A stretch of 64,000 nt of DNA from Peribolospora baueri (Eukaryota). Below, piece after piece: positions 37,285-49,320 of this stretch. The stretch's first letter is position 1. Each line of letters starts with the position of its first letter. The position numbers and the translations under genes are program-made. Location of the stretch: NCBI GenBank assembly GCA_029717555.1, contig JAMDHS010000048.1:1-64000 (forward strand). Direction: 5' to 3'. The notes beneath the pieces were generated by a model that saw only the letters and a program-made list of their open reading frames with translations, searched no databases and was not told the DNA's origin.

Positions 37285-37516
37285 TGTCGGCTCGGAGGTT
37301 GCCGGCCGAGGGGCTCGTGGCACGTCTGGAAACGAGCCGAGAGATGGGACGTGCTTGTTCTGTTCTGTTCTGTTGTGTTGTGTTGCTAGCGGTGCGACAG
37401 GGGGTGGGATGGGACGAGGCGGAGAGGGCGGAGAGGACAAAGACGGAGAGGTGGGGCGGGCGGGGGGTATGGTATCGAGGTGGGGGGAAGGGATGAGGAA
37501 GAGAAGAGAAAAAGGG

Positions 37517-37544
37517 TGATGATGATGATGATGATGATGATGAT
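37517..37544 (+). repeat. (GAT)n microsatellite
   Basis: Read directly, upstream of the RING gene. Confidence 0.85.
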
Positions 37545-37660
37545 GGTGGTGGAAGGAGGGTGGGCGGAGGAGTCGATTGATTGTGATATGATTGATGAAT
37601 GAATATGATGAGCTCAAGTTGGTTGGTTCGCCGAACTGGGCGCACTCCCGATCCGTACAC

Positions 37661-37707
37661 TCAGTCAGTCAGTCAGTCAGTCAGTCAGTCAGTCAGTCAG
37701 TCAGTCA
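37661..37707 (+). repeat. (TCAG)n microsatellite, about 11 units
   Basis: Perfect tandem tetranucleotide read directly. Confidence 0.95.
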
Positions 37708-39512
37708 ATAATAGTCAGTCATAGTCTGTCTTCTGTCTTCTGTCTGTCGGCCACACCTCGTCCTACTCCCATCTCCTACTCCTCGCCCCAGCCCACCACG
37801 GCGCACTCTCGTACATGCCGTCCTCCTTATCGCGCTTCCTGGCCCGCCAGTCGACGGCTCGCCGATATGAACGGCGAGAGCGAAAGAAACTTCAAGCGCC
37901 CCGCCACATGCGTGTCATGTATCTATCTATCGACCCCACGCCTGTCGCCTACGTACACCGTCGTCGATACGGCGTCAACCACCGGACCCATGGATATCAG
38001 GGCGCCGTCCAACGCGCTCGCTTCCTTCGCCACCATCTTACTGGACGTCCTTCGCGCGACGATCGGATCGGGCCCCTGTCCGCTTTACTCGACCACGTCT
38101 CTACTCTTCACGATGGTCTACAGAACGAGCTACGGTGCTGTATCTAAGCACTCACGAAGGCCCACACGCGAGGTCTCCACGGCCGGACATCAGCGGCTGT
38201 TTGCGCGAGAAGCAGGCGACGACGAATGCAACCTACCTCATATTTGCTGTAGTACTTCGTCGTGGTCGCTCGTGTCCGAGTCCAATCTAGACCCACCTCG
38301 TCTTGAACGCCAGCCCATCTGAGTGCGTCGCAGACCTCATGCGGGTCTGCCACCGTCTCGCCTCCTTCCTTCGAGCAGGAAGCTCTTGCGGGTCGCCATG
38401 GACGCTCCAATCCATCTTCCTTTCGCCGATAGCCTTGTGGATCGTCCGTCGTTCATGTCTCCGGTCGGCGTCATCGACGTCGGTCGTGACGACGGTAGCA
38501 ACGGCAGCCGGTGTGATGCAAGACAGCAGGTGCTCCTTCTTCATGCCCATCTCCTCCTCCTCTTCCAAACCCCGCCGCGTCTCCCACCCTGTCCTCCACA
38601 TTCAAATCCTCCCCACCGTCCTAGGATAATGATCAAGCGTAAACCATCCACAGTCCACACCTTGCTCACCGTTTCTCCTCCTTTGCGGGATGGCAAGTCA
38701 GCATGAGCTGTATAAAAGTGGGCGGATAATGTATGTATGCTCCAGGATAATAAATATCAAGCTCATCTCAATGCCGCCTGCTTCCTCACCCGCGAAACTC
38801 TGAAGACGAGGAGGGCGGGCAAGAGATCAGATCAGCCATGTCTTTACAATGACGAGAAAGCTCCGAGGGACGACGTACAGGTTAGTTAGTGGGCTCCGTT
38901 GCTGCAGATAGCGGACGCCAGCACCGGGTGGGGACCTTCTTGTAAAATGGTTAGCTTTGGAAAAACATGTTTGGCTCACGCTTGCTCATCGCACGTTCTC
39001 AGTCACCCCTCCCCTCGTGTGTACTCTCTCTCTGCTGGCAACGGGCTTCTCCGACCCGCCGGAATGCGAACAGATCAGCTCGTGAGCCGCTAGAGTTGAG
39101 ATGAGGAAAAAGGGTCTCCTAGGACACCTGCCACGTTCAGCCTATGAGCCACTCGCACCAGTGGGCCTCGCCATGCAATCGTTGACGACTGGTGGGAATC
39201 ACAACGAGATCGCGCCGGAAGGGAAACGTCGGCAAAGCCCAAGGTACGGACTCGAGTTAGGGTTACGCGAGGGATCGCATCTCCAAGACCACCCCAAGCG
39301 AGCGACCTGGCAATCCTCAGCCCTCGCCCACCCACCAACTTCCCCAGACTCAGCCGACGCCCCGTCGCAGCCCGCATTCACGTAACCCACGTGCGGACGC
39401 GTTTTGACAAGGCTTCACACAGCCGCCTCAGGTGAATACCGCCTTCGCTCGTAAGGGCGCGTTTCTGCTTTTTCCGGAAATCTTGTCGTCGCGTGCAGTT
39501 CTTACCGCTACT

Positions 39513-42500
39513 ATGGCCGACTTCCAGAAGGAGAGCTTGAGCCTCGAGGAGACAAAGTGAGTGATCCGCCTTTATTTCCCTTTTTCTATTCTCAATCAGA
39601 CAACGTTGCTGACGCTTATCGTTGTCGCTCTTTAGCAAACTCCGCATCTCTCTAGGCCTCAAGCCCTTGACCGACGATGATGCTGCTCCGGCTAGCAAAG
39701 GTGGCGACAAAGAGGAGGAAGCCCCCGTAGACGCGGACAAGCTTGCCGAACAGAACTATGCGAGACACAGGGAGCAAGAGGCCAAAGAGAAGGATGCTAG
39801 GGATATCAAGGCGAAGATTGCAAAGTGAGTGGCGACCTTTGCTCATATCGCCCGCCGTGCATGTCTGACGCTTTGGATTGCGTCTTTCTGTCATACGCAT
39901 CAGAGCCCAGAACCGACGCGATCTCGCTAAAAGGCTTGCCGGCCGCGGTTTAGGTGACACGGGGGAAGATGAGGAGGAGGATGCGCGTCAATGGATCAAG
40001 AAGAGCAAGAAGCGTGCGAAGGAGAATGCGGCAGCAGCTGCAGCCAGGCTGGCCAAGGAGATGGAGGAACGAGACCGCGCCGCGCTGGAAAATACTTACG
40101 GAGAGAGTGAGTCTCAAGACCTTCGAATCGGCCCTATGCGCTCGTCAGGTGGCCCTTCACGACTGACAAGCGTTGGCTTTCTTTGTTTCCTGCAGAGGAT
40201 CTAACCGGTTTGAAGGTTGCCCACGATCTGAATGAGATTGACGATGGAACGGAGCGTATTCTGACGCTCAAGGACAGCCGCATCCTGGAAGGTCAAGATG
40301 ACGAGCTCGAAGACACCACCCTCGCGGCATTGGAGCGGGATGTGCGGAATAGGGAACTCAAGAAGGGGGCGAGGGGATACACCGGCTTCGACGATGACGA
40401 GTTTGCAGAGGGCCAGATTGGGAAGAAGAGGGCCGTATTGAGCAAGTACGATGTTGAGCTTGAGGCTGAGAAGAGCTCGGTGAGTCCCATCACACGCTTG
40501 ACCCTCTCCTCCCCTTTCTTTGCATACAGCGTGCTCATAGGACATTTGTCATTCCATCTTTGTGCCCAGGGATTTGTACTTGGCGCAGCTGCGCCGCCCA
40601 AGCCGGCGGCCACGGAGCTGGCGACCGAGTCGGCCGAGAACAAGGGGGTTAACCGCAAGTTGCTCGCTTTGGACTATATCAGTGAGTCGCTCTATGCCTT
40701 GTTCTAGAAAACGCCGCTTTCTTCTTCGATGACTCAACAGTCTCCAATTTTTTTCGGCCCTCTTCCATTCACACCAATTTTTTTCCGCGCTGTTCCATTC
40801 ACAGAGAACCAAGAGAGGTCCGATTATCTCCAGGAAGGGGACGTCGGGTTCAAGAAGTACAAGACGAAGAAGCGAAAATCGGCGCGCAAGGTCACCGCTA
40901 ACCTAGACGATGAGGCTACTCCCGGTGGAGATATCGAGATGGCCGACGCCAACGGCCATGCAGCGTCCGCGGAGAACGGCGATGGCATGGAGGTGGACGG
41001 CCAGTCTGCGCCTCGGCTTCAAAGCGAGAACTTTGTCGACGACGACGAGCTGCAGGCAGCATTGTCCAAGGCGCGTCGACTGAAGGCACGCAAGGCAATC
41101 AAAAAGGTCTCGCCGGAAGAGATTGCTCGAAACTTGGCGGAGCAGCGAGAGGCGGAGCGGAAAGCATGCGAGACGAGCTCGTTGAGTGGTGTTATGTCAC
41201 CCGCTGTCGGCGTCGGCTCTGCGGACGATAAGGAGGAGGGTGGTGGGGGCGGATTGACGTTCGACGACACCAGCGAGTTCGTCCGACACTTGGCGATGCG
41301 GGAGCAGCCACAGCGCACGTGGGTACCGCCGACAAAGGCTGTGAAGCAGGAGCCGGGGGTGTCCCCGCCGACAACTACCGATGAGCGCGAAGGCACCTCC
41401 AGTCGTGCCGTGGTGGATGGCGTATCGATCAAGAAAGAGCCTCAAAATGGCGACGTGGCACTGACCGAGTTTGACTCGAGCGCATTACCACCCGGACCGA
41501 GCGTCAAGGAAGAAGGCGAGGCGGATGAGGAGGAGGCGGACGACGCGATGGACGCTCTGATGGAGGGCGCTTCACGGGACGTAGAACCGACCAGCGCTGA
41601 GCAGCTCGTCGCGGGAGGGTTGGCCGCGACGTTGAACGTATTGCGAAGCCAAGGTGTGGCGATGGAGGTGACGCCGGAGCAGAAGGAGCGGGAGAAGAAG
41701 CAGAAAGAGCAGGACCGGTGGAAGGCGGAGCACATGGTGCGGGTGCGTGCGAAGGAGGCTGAGCGCGCTCAGTCTAAAGCTCAAGGGGCGAGCAAGGATC
41801 AGCAGACGAGGGAGATGGAGAACAGACAGAGGGAGGCCCAAGAGGCGAGGGACGCGCTTGCGCATTTCAAAGATTACAAGCCGGACTTTGATATCAAGTG
41901 AGTTTTGGTCCAGATATCTCCGTCGTTTGTTGCGATGGTCCGATTTTGACACGCCATCCACCGCTTATTCTCGTCACCTACCCAGATACCATGACGAGTT
42001 CGGCCGCGAGCTCAACCATAAGGAGGCGTGGAAGATGCTCTCACACCGCTTCCACGGACGCATGCCGGGCAAGGCCAAACAGGAGCTCCGCCTCAAGCGC
42101 ATTGAAGAGGAGCGCAAGCGCGCGGCTATGGCCAGCGGAGACACTGTATTCGGAATGAATGCGGCATTCCAGAACCGTCAGGGGAGGACTGGATCAGCTC
42201 ATATGGTCTTGAGCGGTGAGTGTTGTTCCGCTTGCTTGGCTCTGCACCTCCACCTCGCTCGCCGTCCACACATGACATATTTGTGGGAGTCGCACTGATT
42301 CGACTGATCTGCTTTACTTCCTATCTGTCTCTCAGTCGGCAACAAGGGTTCGGCCCCTTCGGAATCCGAGCTCCTCTCCGCGCCTCCAAGCAAGACGTCG
42401 AAGGAGAAGGGCGCCGGGAAGGGCAAGGGCAAGTCTGAAGGTGGGGAGCGTAGTCTTCGGGGGCTGGGCGCGCCCATGGGAGGATTGGACGCCTCGTCGG

Positions 42501-42904
42501 CCTTGTCCGCCAATCTCTCTCCTTCCGTCTTCGGCTATCCCACTGCATCGGGCTTGGCCTCTGGCACCGCGTCGGGTATGCAGAGCGTCCTGAGCGGCGG
42601 GTCAGGATCAGCCACTCCCGCCGGTGCTGGAGGGGCCGGTTGGAAGAGCGTGAGCGCAGCGCCGGAGCGCCGCAGGGACAGTCGAAGCCCGAGCGCGGGA
42701 CCGACGATGCGCCCGTCCTTTGCGCCCGTCACTGCGGCCGCCGCCGCCTCTTCTCCGGCGTCCGGTTCAACGTCCGTGGCTCAGGGCAGCGGCGGCACGC
42801 CCGGGCCCGGAGGCGGGGGCTTCAAGTTGTCTTTCGGTGCGAAGAGGAAGGCGATGGATGAGGGCGGGGAGGCGGGTAGTACACCGGAGAAGAAGAGACG
42901 CTGA
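39513..42904 (+). CDS. SNU66: U4/U6.U5 tri-snRNP protein Snu66/SART-1
   Basis: HIND motif SLSLEETNKLRISLGLKPL, plus LTGLKVAHD, ILTLKDSRIL, FVDDDELQAAL, LTFDDTSEFV and YHDEFGRELNHKEAWKMLSHRFHG. Exons 39513-39556, 39636-39824, 39904-40106, 40196-40479, 40570-40681, 40805-41897, 41986-42215 and 42336-42904. Confidence 0.95.
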
Positions 42905-43184
42905 GAGGCGGCGAAGGGGAGAGTTGATACCGCGGGACGGTGAAGCCGATGGGAGGGGGGAAGGGGGGTGGTGAGGGGCTTGACCTGTTCCCGTCTTCTG
43001 TATTTTATCGCCGAATTGGCGAACGTGATCATGACGGTCTTCTGAATACTGTTGTCACTCGAGAGGAGAGTCACACCGGTCACTGTGAATCAGGGGAAGA
43101 AAAGCTCATTGCAAGGACTAATCGTATTGCGTATGCAGTGGAATGACGCCACATGAGCGTCTGCGTGTCGATGTCCGTGCTCTA

Positions 43185-43962
43185 CTAAGCCGCACCACCG
43201 CTGGTGACGAGGTCCGATATCTTCTGCTCGACCTCCTTCGCACTCAGACCCTCCAGCATGACTTGCTTCTCTACGCCTCGGTCTGGAATTAAGGGAGAGG
43301 ACGCGACCGAAGAAATCGGGGATGGGGGTGGGGCAAGAGGACAGGAAGGCGTACACAGATGGCGGACGGGAGAGGTGTACGAGAAGGTGGGTTTTGAAAG
43401 ATCAGAAAAAGTAAGTAAAAAAAGAAAACGAACAAGGAGTCAGTGACGGGAACATCGGTGGGATGGTGCGAGTGCGAAAAAGCGAACAGAGCAAGTGCCG
43501 AGTGGAGCCAAAGCCAGAGCCAGAGCTAGAGCCGGAGCCTCGGCTGGCAGAAGGCGTTCCGGAAAGTTACTCGAGACTCTAGATGCACCAGGCCACGACA
43601 CGCACCGAACCTAGCGAAAGCTCTCGCCGGCGTGCCCGCGGCTTCGCGAACGAGGAAAGGGAGGGAAGGGTTGTGCTCCTTGATGGTCGGGTAGCGCGCT
43701 TGAACAAATTGCCTGAGAGACACAGGGTAAAGGTGGGTGACAGGCACACGGCGTACCAAAGAAAGGCAGAAGGGGCCAAAGAGGAAAGCGTGGTCAGCAC
43801 AGACGATTCATCGTTCTTCGTGGCATCGCGCTCTTGCAAGAACGGGGAGACAGAGAAAAGGATGGACAGTACACACCTTGTCCCGGCCGACGCAGGCGAC
43901 TGCTGGCAGCAGAGTACGCGGACCTCCCGGAGAGCGCGCGGAAAAGCCTTTGCAAGAGACAT
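43185..43962 (-). CDS. NDUFA2: NADH:ubiquinone oxidoreductase B8/10.5 kDa subunit (CI-B8 family)
   Basis: Spliced product MSLAKAFPRALREVRVLCCQQSPASAGTRQFVQARYPTIKEHNPSLPFLVREAAGTPARAFARFDRGVEKQVMLEGLSAKEVEQKISDLV. Exons 43962-43877, 43712-43606 and 43282-43185. Confidence 0.93.
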
Positions 43963-44709
43963 CGTGGCGGAGGTATCGAGTGATGGGCCAGGAAGAACAA
44001 GAGATGCGGGTGGTGATGATGGCAAGCTGTCGAAGACGGCTTGATGTGACGGACGGCTTGCCCGTGCACGTGACGCGTCGTTGCCCGATTTCAAGCGAGT
44101 CCGAAATCGACAACCGCAGTAGGAGCGAATCAAGGACGGCGTCTAAAATCACGTGAACGTCTGTGACGACCTTCGCTCGCCATCCCTCTTCCTCCTCCGT
44201 CGTCTGCACCACCGCCGAAGGCCGCATTGAGAAGGGCCTGGTTGTCGGAGGCGTTCGCCGCGATAGGGTAGGGGGAGAGGAGAAATGGTTGCGTCAGAAT
44301 GACAGGTATGTTTTAGAGTGGAAGGCTGCATCGCAGAAGGGAAGGGTACGCTGGAGGGAGAGAGGCCCATCGTTTCCCTACCCTACCTTTGTGCCTTCCA
44401 TTCTTTCGGTAGGAGTGCTTTAGCGTCGATGGATAACGCTGAAGGAGGCGAGCTCTGCTGATCTTGTGGTCGGCCTCGTTGCACGACCTCTCAGCGCGAC
44501 TTGAGCGCGTCTCCAGCTTACCCCTTTCTCTTGGCTTCCGTACGAGGATGGCTTTCCTCGCCTCTACTGGCCTCGCGTCCACGGCTTGAAAAACCCAGAG
44601 TGCTTCGCGAAACGAGTTCCTCTCTTCGTTCTCCTCCTCTCTTTGCCCTCGCCGTCCTTGTCGTTGTCACCTTCAGTGTGGCTTCCTCACTGCCTTTACT
44701 CTCCACGAT

Positions 44710-46527
44710 ATGGCTAACTCTCTTTACTCTGGCCTAGCTCCCTTCGCTTTCGACTCGTACCACGCAGGCGCACCGTCTTTCAGCCCCTTCTCGCTTCCTT
44801 TTCACGTCGGTCCGATGCCCGACTGGGCTTCCTCTCCGGTTCCCATGGCCCCGGTGACCGCCCGCTTCTCGCCGATGGACAACGCTCTCGACTTTGCAGT
44901 GCCTCAACAGGCCACCCACCTCGGCGGTCACGTCCAGCGCGGTTCCACCTTCAGGCCGGGATTCAAGCTCGCAAACCCTCATGGGACGACGAATGTTTAC
45001 ATCAATGGACTGCCTCGTACGTGAGTCGTCGCGGCTGTCAATAAATGCGGACGGAAGCGGTCGTATGATCATGTCGGCATATCGATTCCGTGGCCCTCGC
45101 CTCCGTTGACGGACATTTCCGTCAATATACCAGCTGTACTGATGAGCAGATTCGCGAGCTCTGTAAAACCTATGGAAACATCGTTTCCGTCAAGGCGATC
45201 GTCGACGAGGATGGCCAATGCAAAGGTGTGAGTACAGCGCGGCCTCTTCGCCCGACCTTCCAAGCATTTACCTGACGACATCGCCTTGAATGCTCTTTGA
45301 TCTGGCCTTCAGTATGGCTTTGTTAAGTACAGCACTACAGGAGAGGCAAAGAAGTGCATCGTCGCGCTGGGCAGGTCCGGCTACCAAACGTCTTTCGCCA
45401 GGGTGAGCCACAGCCTATCGCGGCCAGGAGAGAGGGGCAGGCGTTCTGATGCAGATACTCAATCGTCACCCAGGAGTCGCTCAGCGCCAAGCTCGCCAAA
45501 CTCAATGACGAGGAGACCACGAACATATATCTCAGCAATCTTCCTTGGTTGATGGACGAGAAGGTAATACGCTCTACATCTTGGTCGACGTCAAACCTCG
45601 GTTTTGAGCGGCTTTTGAGCTGAATGCTGCTTCTTGGCCCTCCCACAGGCTCTAGAAGACTTGTTTGCACCTCACGAAGTTGTTTCGCTCGTCATCCTAA
45701 AAAATGCTGACGGTCTTTCCCGTGGTGTCGGCCTCGCCCGCCTCAAAGACCGCGCCAGCGCCCAAGAGTGCATAGACAAACTCAGCGGAATCCGTCTGGC
45801 TGGAGCGCCAGCCCCGCTCGCGGTCCGCTTCGCAGACTCGGAGGCTCAAAAGCGCATGAAGGCAGAGGTGAAAGCGTCGAAAGGGGAGACATCCGCCCCG
45901 ATCACTAGCACCGCCGTCGTCTCTCCCGCGCCGCCGACCATCAACGCTTGGACCGGGCAGACGGCAGGCGCCGCCGGCTGGCAATTTCTGACTCCTATTC
46001 TTCGCTCGTATCCTGAGGTCGGTGCGTATCACTATCCCATGAGCATGCCGAACGACAGGGCCGCCACAGACGCCCATTTCAGCGTCACCTCCGTCGTCAC
46101 TCCGCCGAAGGACGGAGTTCTCCGTATCCCCTTCGTTGGAAGTCCTCTGTCCGGCAGTTCCGGCAGCACGGTCATGGGCGGCAGCGCCGGCTCGACGGGT
46201 GCGGTGCCTGCAACGACCCCTCCGAACCCTGGTGGCGTCGCCATGATGGGCTTTAATCCTTACCACACGCCCCCTCACCAGTCAGTGTCTGAAGTTGGGG
46301 ACGGCAGGGCGGGATGGCTGATGTTAGCAGGACTTGTCTGACTTGGGTGCCACTCATACTGTCTTCCGACTTCCAGGACCGGCGGCTTTCACTTTGTCCA
46401 GTACACTCCTTCCCCTCCGACGCCCTCCCCTTACCCCGGGCATGGCACAGACGGTTACGGGCGAGACTATGGCGCGGGGGCCCAGGTCCGCACGACGGTC
46501 AAACGTTCCCCCTTAAAGGCTGCCTGA
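44710..46527 (+). CDS. Two-RRM RNA-binding protein of the Spo5/RBMS(MSSP) type
   Basis: RRM1 TNVYINGLP...IVSVKAIVD...CKGYGFVKY...YQTSFAR; linker ESLSAKL; RRM2 TNIYLSNLP...SRGVGLARL...LAVRFADSEAQK. Exons 44710-45020, 45134-45227, 45313-45402, 45474-45563, 45649-46280 and 46377-46527. Confidence 0.85.
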
Positions 46528-47248
46528 GCTGCCAGCGGCGGAGTGCCTGCTCTCTCTCTTCTTTCTCCCCTTCACCCTTTCCCCCTTTCTTGCTCCTTCG
46601 TTCATTCTGTCATTCACTCCTTCTTCCTTCGTCCCCCTTCTCGCCTCCCTTCCCTTCCTACCGGAAGCATCTCATCGTAACGGCGACTTCAAGGTAGCCG
46701 CGGCCCGTTAGCTAGCTAGCTATCTTGGAGTAGATTACCTTTCTTCTGATCATACCGCGTTAATTTATATGACCCTGAGCGAACGCCTCGCATCTCCGCT
46801 CTCGAGCGCCGTCCGTCCGACCGACCAACTCGTCCCCGCCCGCCGCCAAGCTGGGGCTCGCCCAGGGTGTGCTTGCGACCGGCGAACGGAAGCCAGCTCA
46901 AGCTCGGAAGGCTCTTCTCTTCTATTTCTTCTTCTTGCCCGACCTCCATTCCACTCCTCCTCTTTCTTTCTTCGTTTGCCTCGTCGCCTCACCGCGCCCT
47001 CTTCCCCAGCCTTGCCAACACCGGCGGGCAAGCCAGCCAGCCGCGTCCCGCCCGGTCGCCTTTCGCCTTTCGATCGCCTCTCGCTTCGCTCTGCCGTAGT
47101 CAAGCAAGCAAGCAAGCAAGCAAGCCAACCACCATCACCGTCATCCATCCCTCCCACTCACACGACCCCCGCTGCATGTCCTCTCCGCCCGCCTAGCCCG
47201 CCCTTGACCTCACCTCCGTTCCTCGCACCTTCTCCCTTACAATACGGC

Positions 47249-49320
47249 ATGGACCCCAATGGCCACGAACACTACGCCGGCGCCGGCACGGGTCCATCCT
47301 CTGGTTCTCCCGACCCGCCGTACCACGACGGCGGCGCGGCGCAGTACGACTATGGCTACGCCCACCACGACGGCCAGGGGCCGCCCGGTCAACATGGTCA
47401 CGATCCGTACGGCGGCCACGGCGGGTACGACCGATACGACCAGACTCACGGGCAGGGAGCGTCGAATGCGCCTGGCTACTATCAGGACGACGGACAGGGC
47501 GGGTCGGACATGCAGGCCTACTATCATGACGATGGAGGTCAAGGGATGAGCGGTGGAGGCTATGGGCCCTCCCCGCATGAGGCGTATTCCCAGAGCCATG
47601 GTGGAGCGGGCGCCCAGGGCTACTACCCAGACGACGGCAGTCAGGGCCCCAGCGCCGGTGCCGTGCCCGGACAGCCTTTCCAGCAACCCAACTACGGTCA
47701 TCCCTACATGACGCCCGCACCGTACGGCCCACAGAACATGTACGGCGCCCCGGCAGCGGACGGCTACTACGGCCAGGCCTACATGGGCTACCCTCCCGGC
47801 GCCGATGCTGCGATGTACATGGGCGGCTACCCGGACTTGCAGCGCGCACCGAGCGTGGCCGGCAGCATGCACTCAGCTGGCATGATGTCTCCGTCCATGG
47901 GGCCGACAAGGCCCGTCGCCGGCGGGCTCGCGCGACAAGGGACGACGCTGAGCTCGATGACGATGAGCAGTAGCCTCCCCGCTCGCAGCGTGCCTTCGAA
48001 GAAGTCGACTGGTTCGAGCTCCAAGGACAGTAATCCTGGCTTACCGTTCACGAAGCAGTTCGTGGAGGAGTACCGACAGAGGATGAAAGGCGATCCAGAC
48101 CCAGAGGCGCAGTTTGGGTTCGCAAAATACCTCATCGAGGCGGCCAAGAAGGTGAAGGATTCGGACACGGACGCCAACCCGAAAGCGGCAAGGAAGTACC
48201 GCGACGCGCTGCTTGTAGAGAGCATCAAGCTCATCAAACGGCTCGCTACGACGGGGATGAGCGTCGGCAAACCACCGTACGCCGAGGCGCAGTTTTTCCT
48301 CGCCAACTGCTTCGGCAACGGCAGCCTGGGGTTGCAAGTCGACCACGAAAAGGCGTACAATCTCTACGTCCAGGCCAGCAAGCAGAACCACCCGGCGGCG
48401 ACGTACCGTACCGCCGTGTGCAACGAGATCGGCGCAGGCACGAAGAGGGACCATCATCGAGCCGTGCTCTTTTTCCGAAAGGCGAGCGCGCTGGGCGACA
48501 CGGCGGGGATGTACAAACTGGGGATGATCCTCCTCAATGGCCTTCTCGGCCAGGAGCGCAACCCGAAGGAGGCGATCGTCTGGCTCAAGCGTGCCGCCGG
48601 CCAAGCGGACGAGGATAGCCCGCACGCGCTGCATGAGCTCGGGCTTTTGCACGAGCGGTTGAACAACAATATCGTACCTCATGACGAGGCGCACGCTCGC
48701 GAGCTTTTCACCCAGGCGGCACAGCTTGGATATGCCCCCGCGCAGTTCAAGTTGGGAACGTGTTATGAGTACGGTAGTTTGACCTGCCCCGTCGACCCTC
48801 GCCGCTCGATAGCCTGGTACACCCGAGCGGCGGGCAAGCATCACGGCGACGCCGAGCTCGCCCTCAGCGGGTGGTACCTCACAGGCAGCGAGGGCGTGCT
48901 CAAGCAGAGCGATAGCGAGGCCTACCTCTGGGCTCGAAGGGCGGCGACAAAGGGACTGCCAAAAGCTGAGTATGCCGTTGGCTACTACACCGAGGTTGGC
49001 ATCGGCATCAAGCAGGACCTCGACGAGGCGAAGAGATGGTACATGCGCGCTGCCGGTAAGCACTCGATCTTTTTTTTTTTTTTTTTTTTACGTGCCGTCC
49101 CTTTACGATCATACCAGACATGCCGCTCTTCTGACAGATTTCCTTCCACTTTCTCTCATTTTCTCTCTTCCTTCCTTTCTTCCTTCCGCCTTTTCCAGCC
49201 CAAGGAAACAAACGCGCGATGGCCCGGCTGACCGAGTTGAAGAAGATGGGCAACAAGCCAGGCAAGCGAGGTGCGAGGCCGACGCGCAAGGATACGGAAG
49301 GAGAGTGTGTCATCTGTTGA
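47249..49320 (+). CDS. CHS4: Chitin synthase activator Chs4/Skt5 (Sel1-like repeats, C-terminal CAAX)
   Basis: Motifs DPEAQFGFAKYLIEAA, YAEAQFFLANC, HPAATYRTAVCNEIG, AELALSGWYLTG and KAEYAVGYYTEVGIG. Ends ECVIC-stop. Exons 47249-49055 and 49199-49320. Confidence 0.92.

Noticed and set aside
37285..37617. His-rich N-terminal extension of the 1662-aa ORF
   Set aside because: No ATG start, and the poly-His comes from a (GAT)n microsatellite; the first ATG is at 37284.
20925..42904. Functional clustering of snurportin and SNU66, or a biosynthetic gene cluster around the A-T-R gene
   Set aside because: Unrelated genes intervene and there are no tailoring, transport or regulatory cluster genes; chance linkage suffices.
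46769..47248. In-frame upstream extension of CHS4 from ATG 46769
   Set aside because: Sequence looks like promoter/UTR (CT-rich, CAAG repeats); ATG 47249 is the more plausible start.
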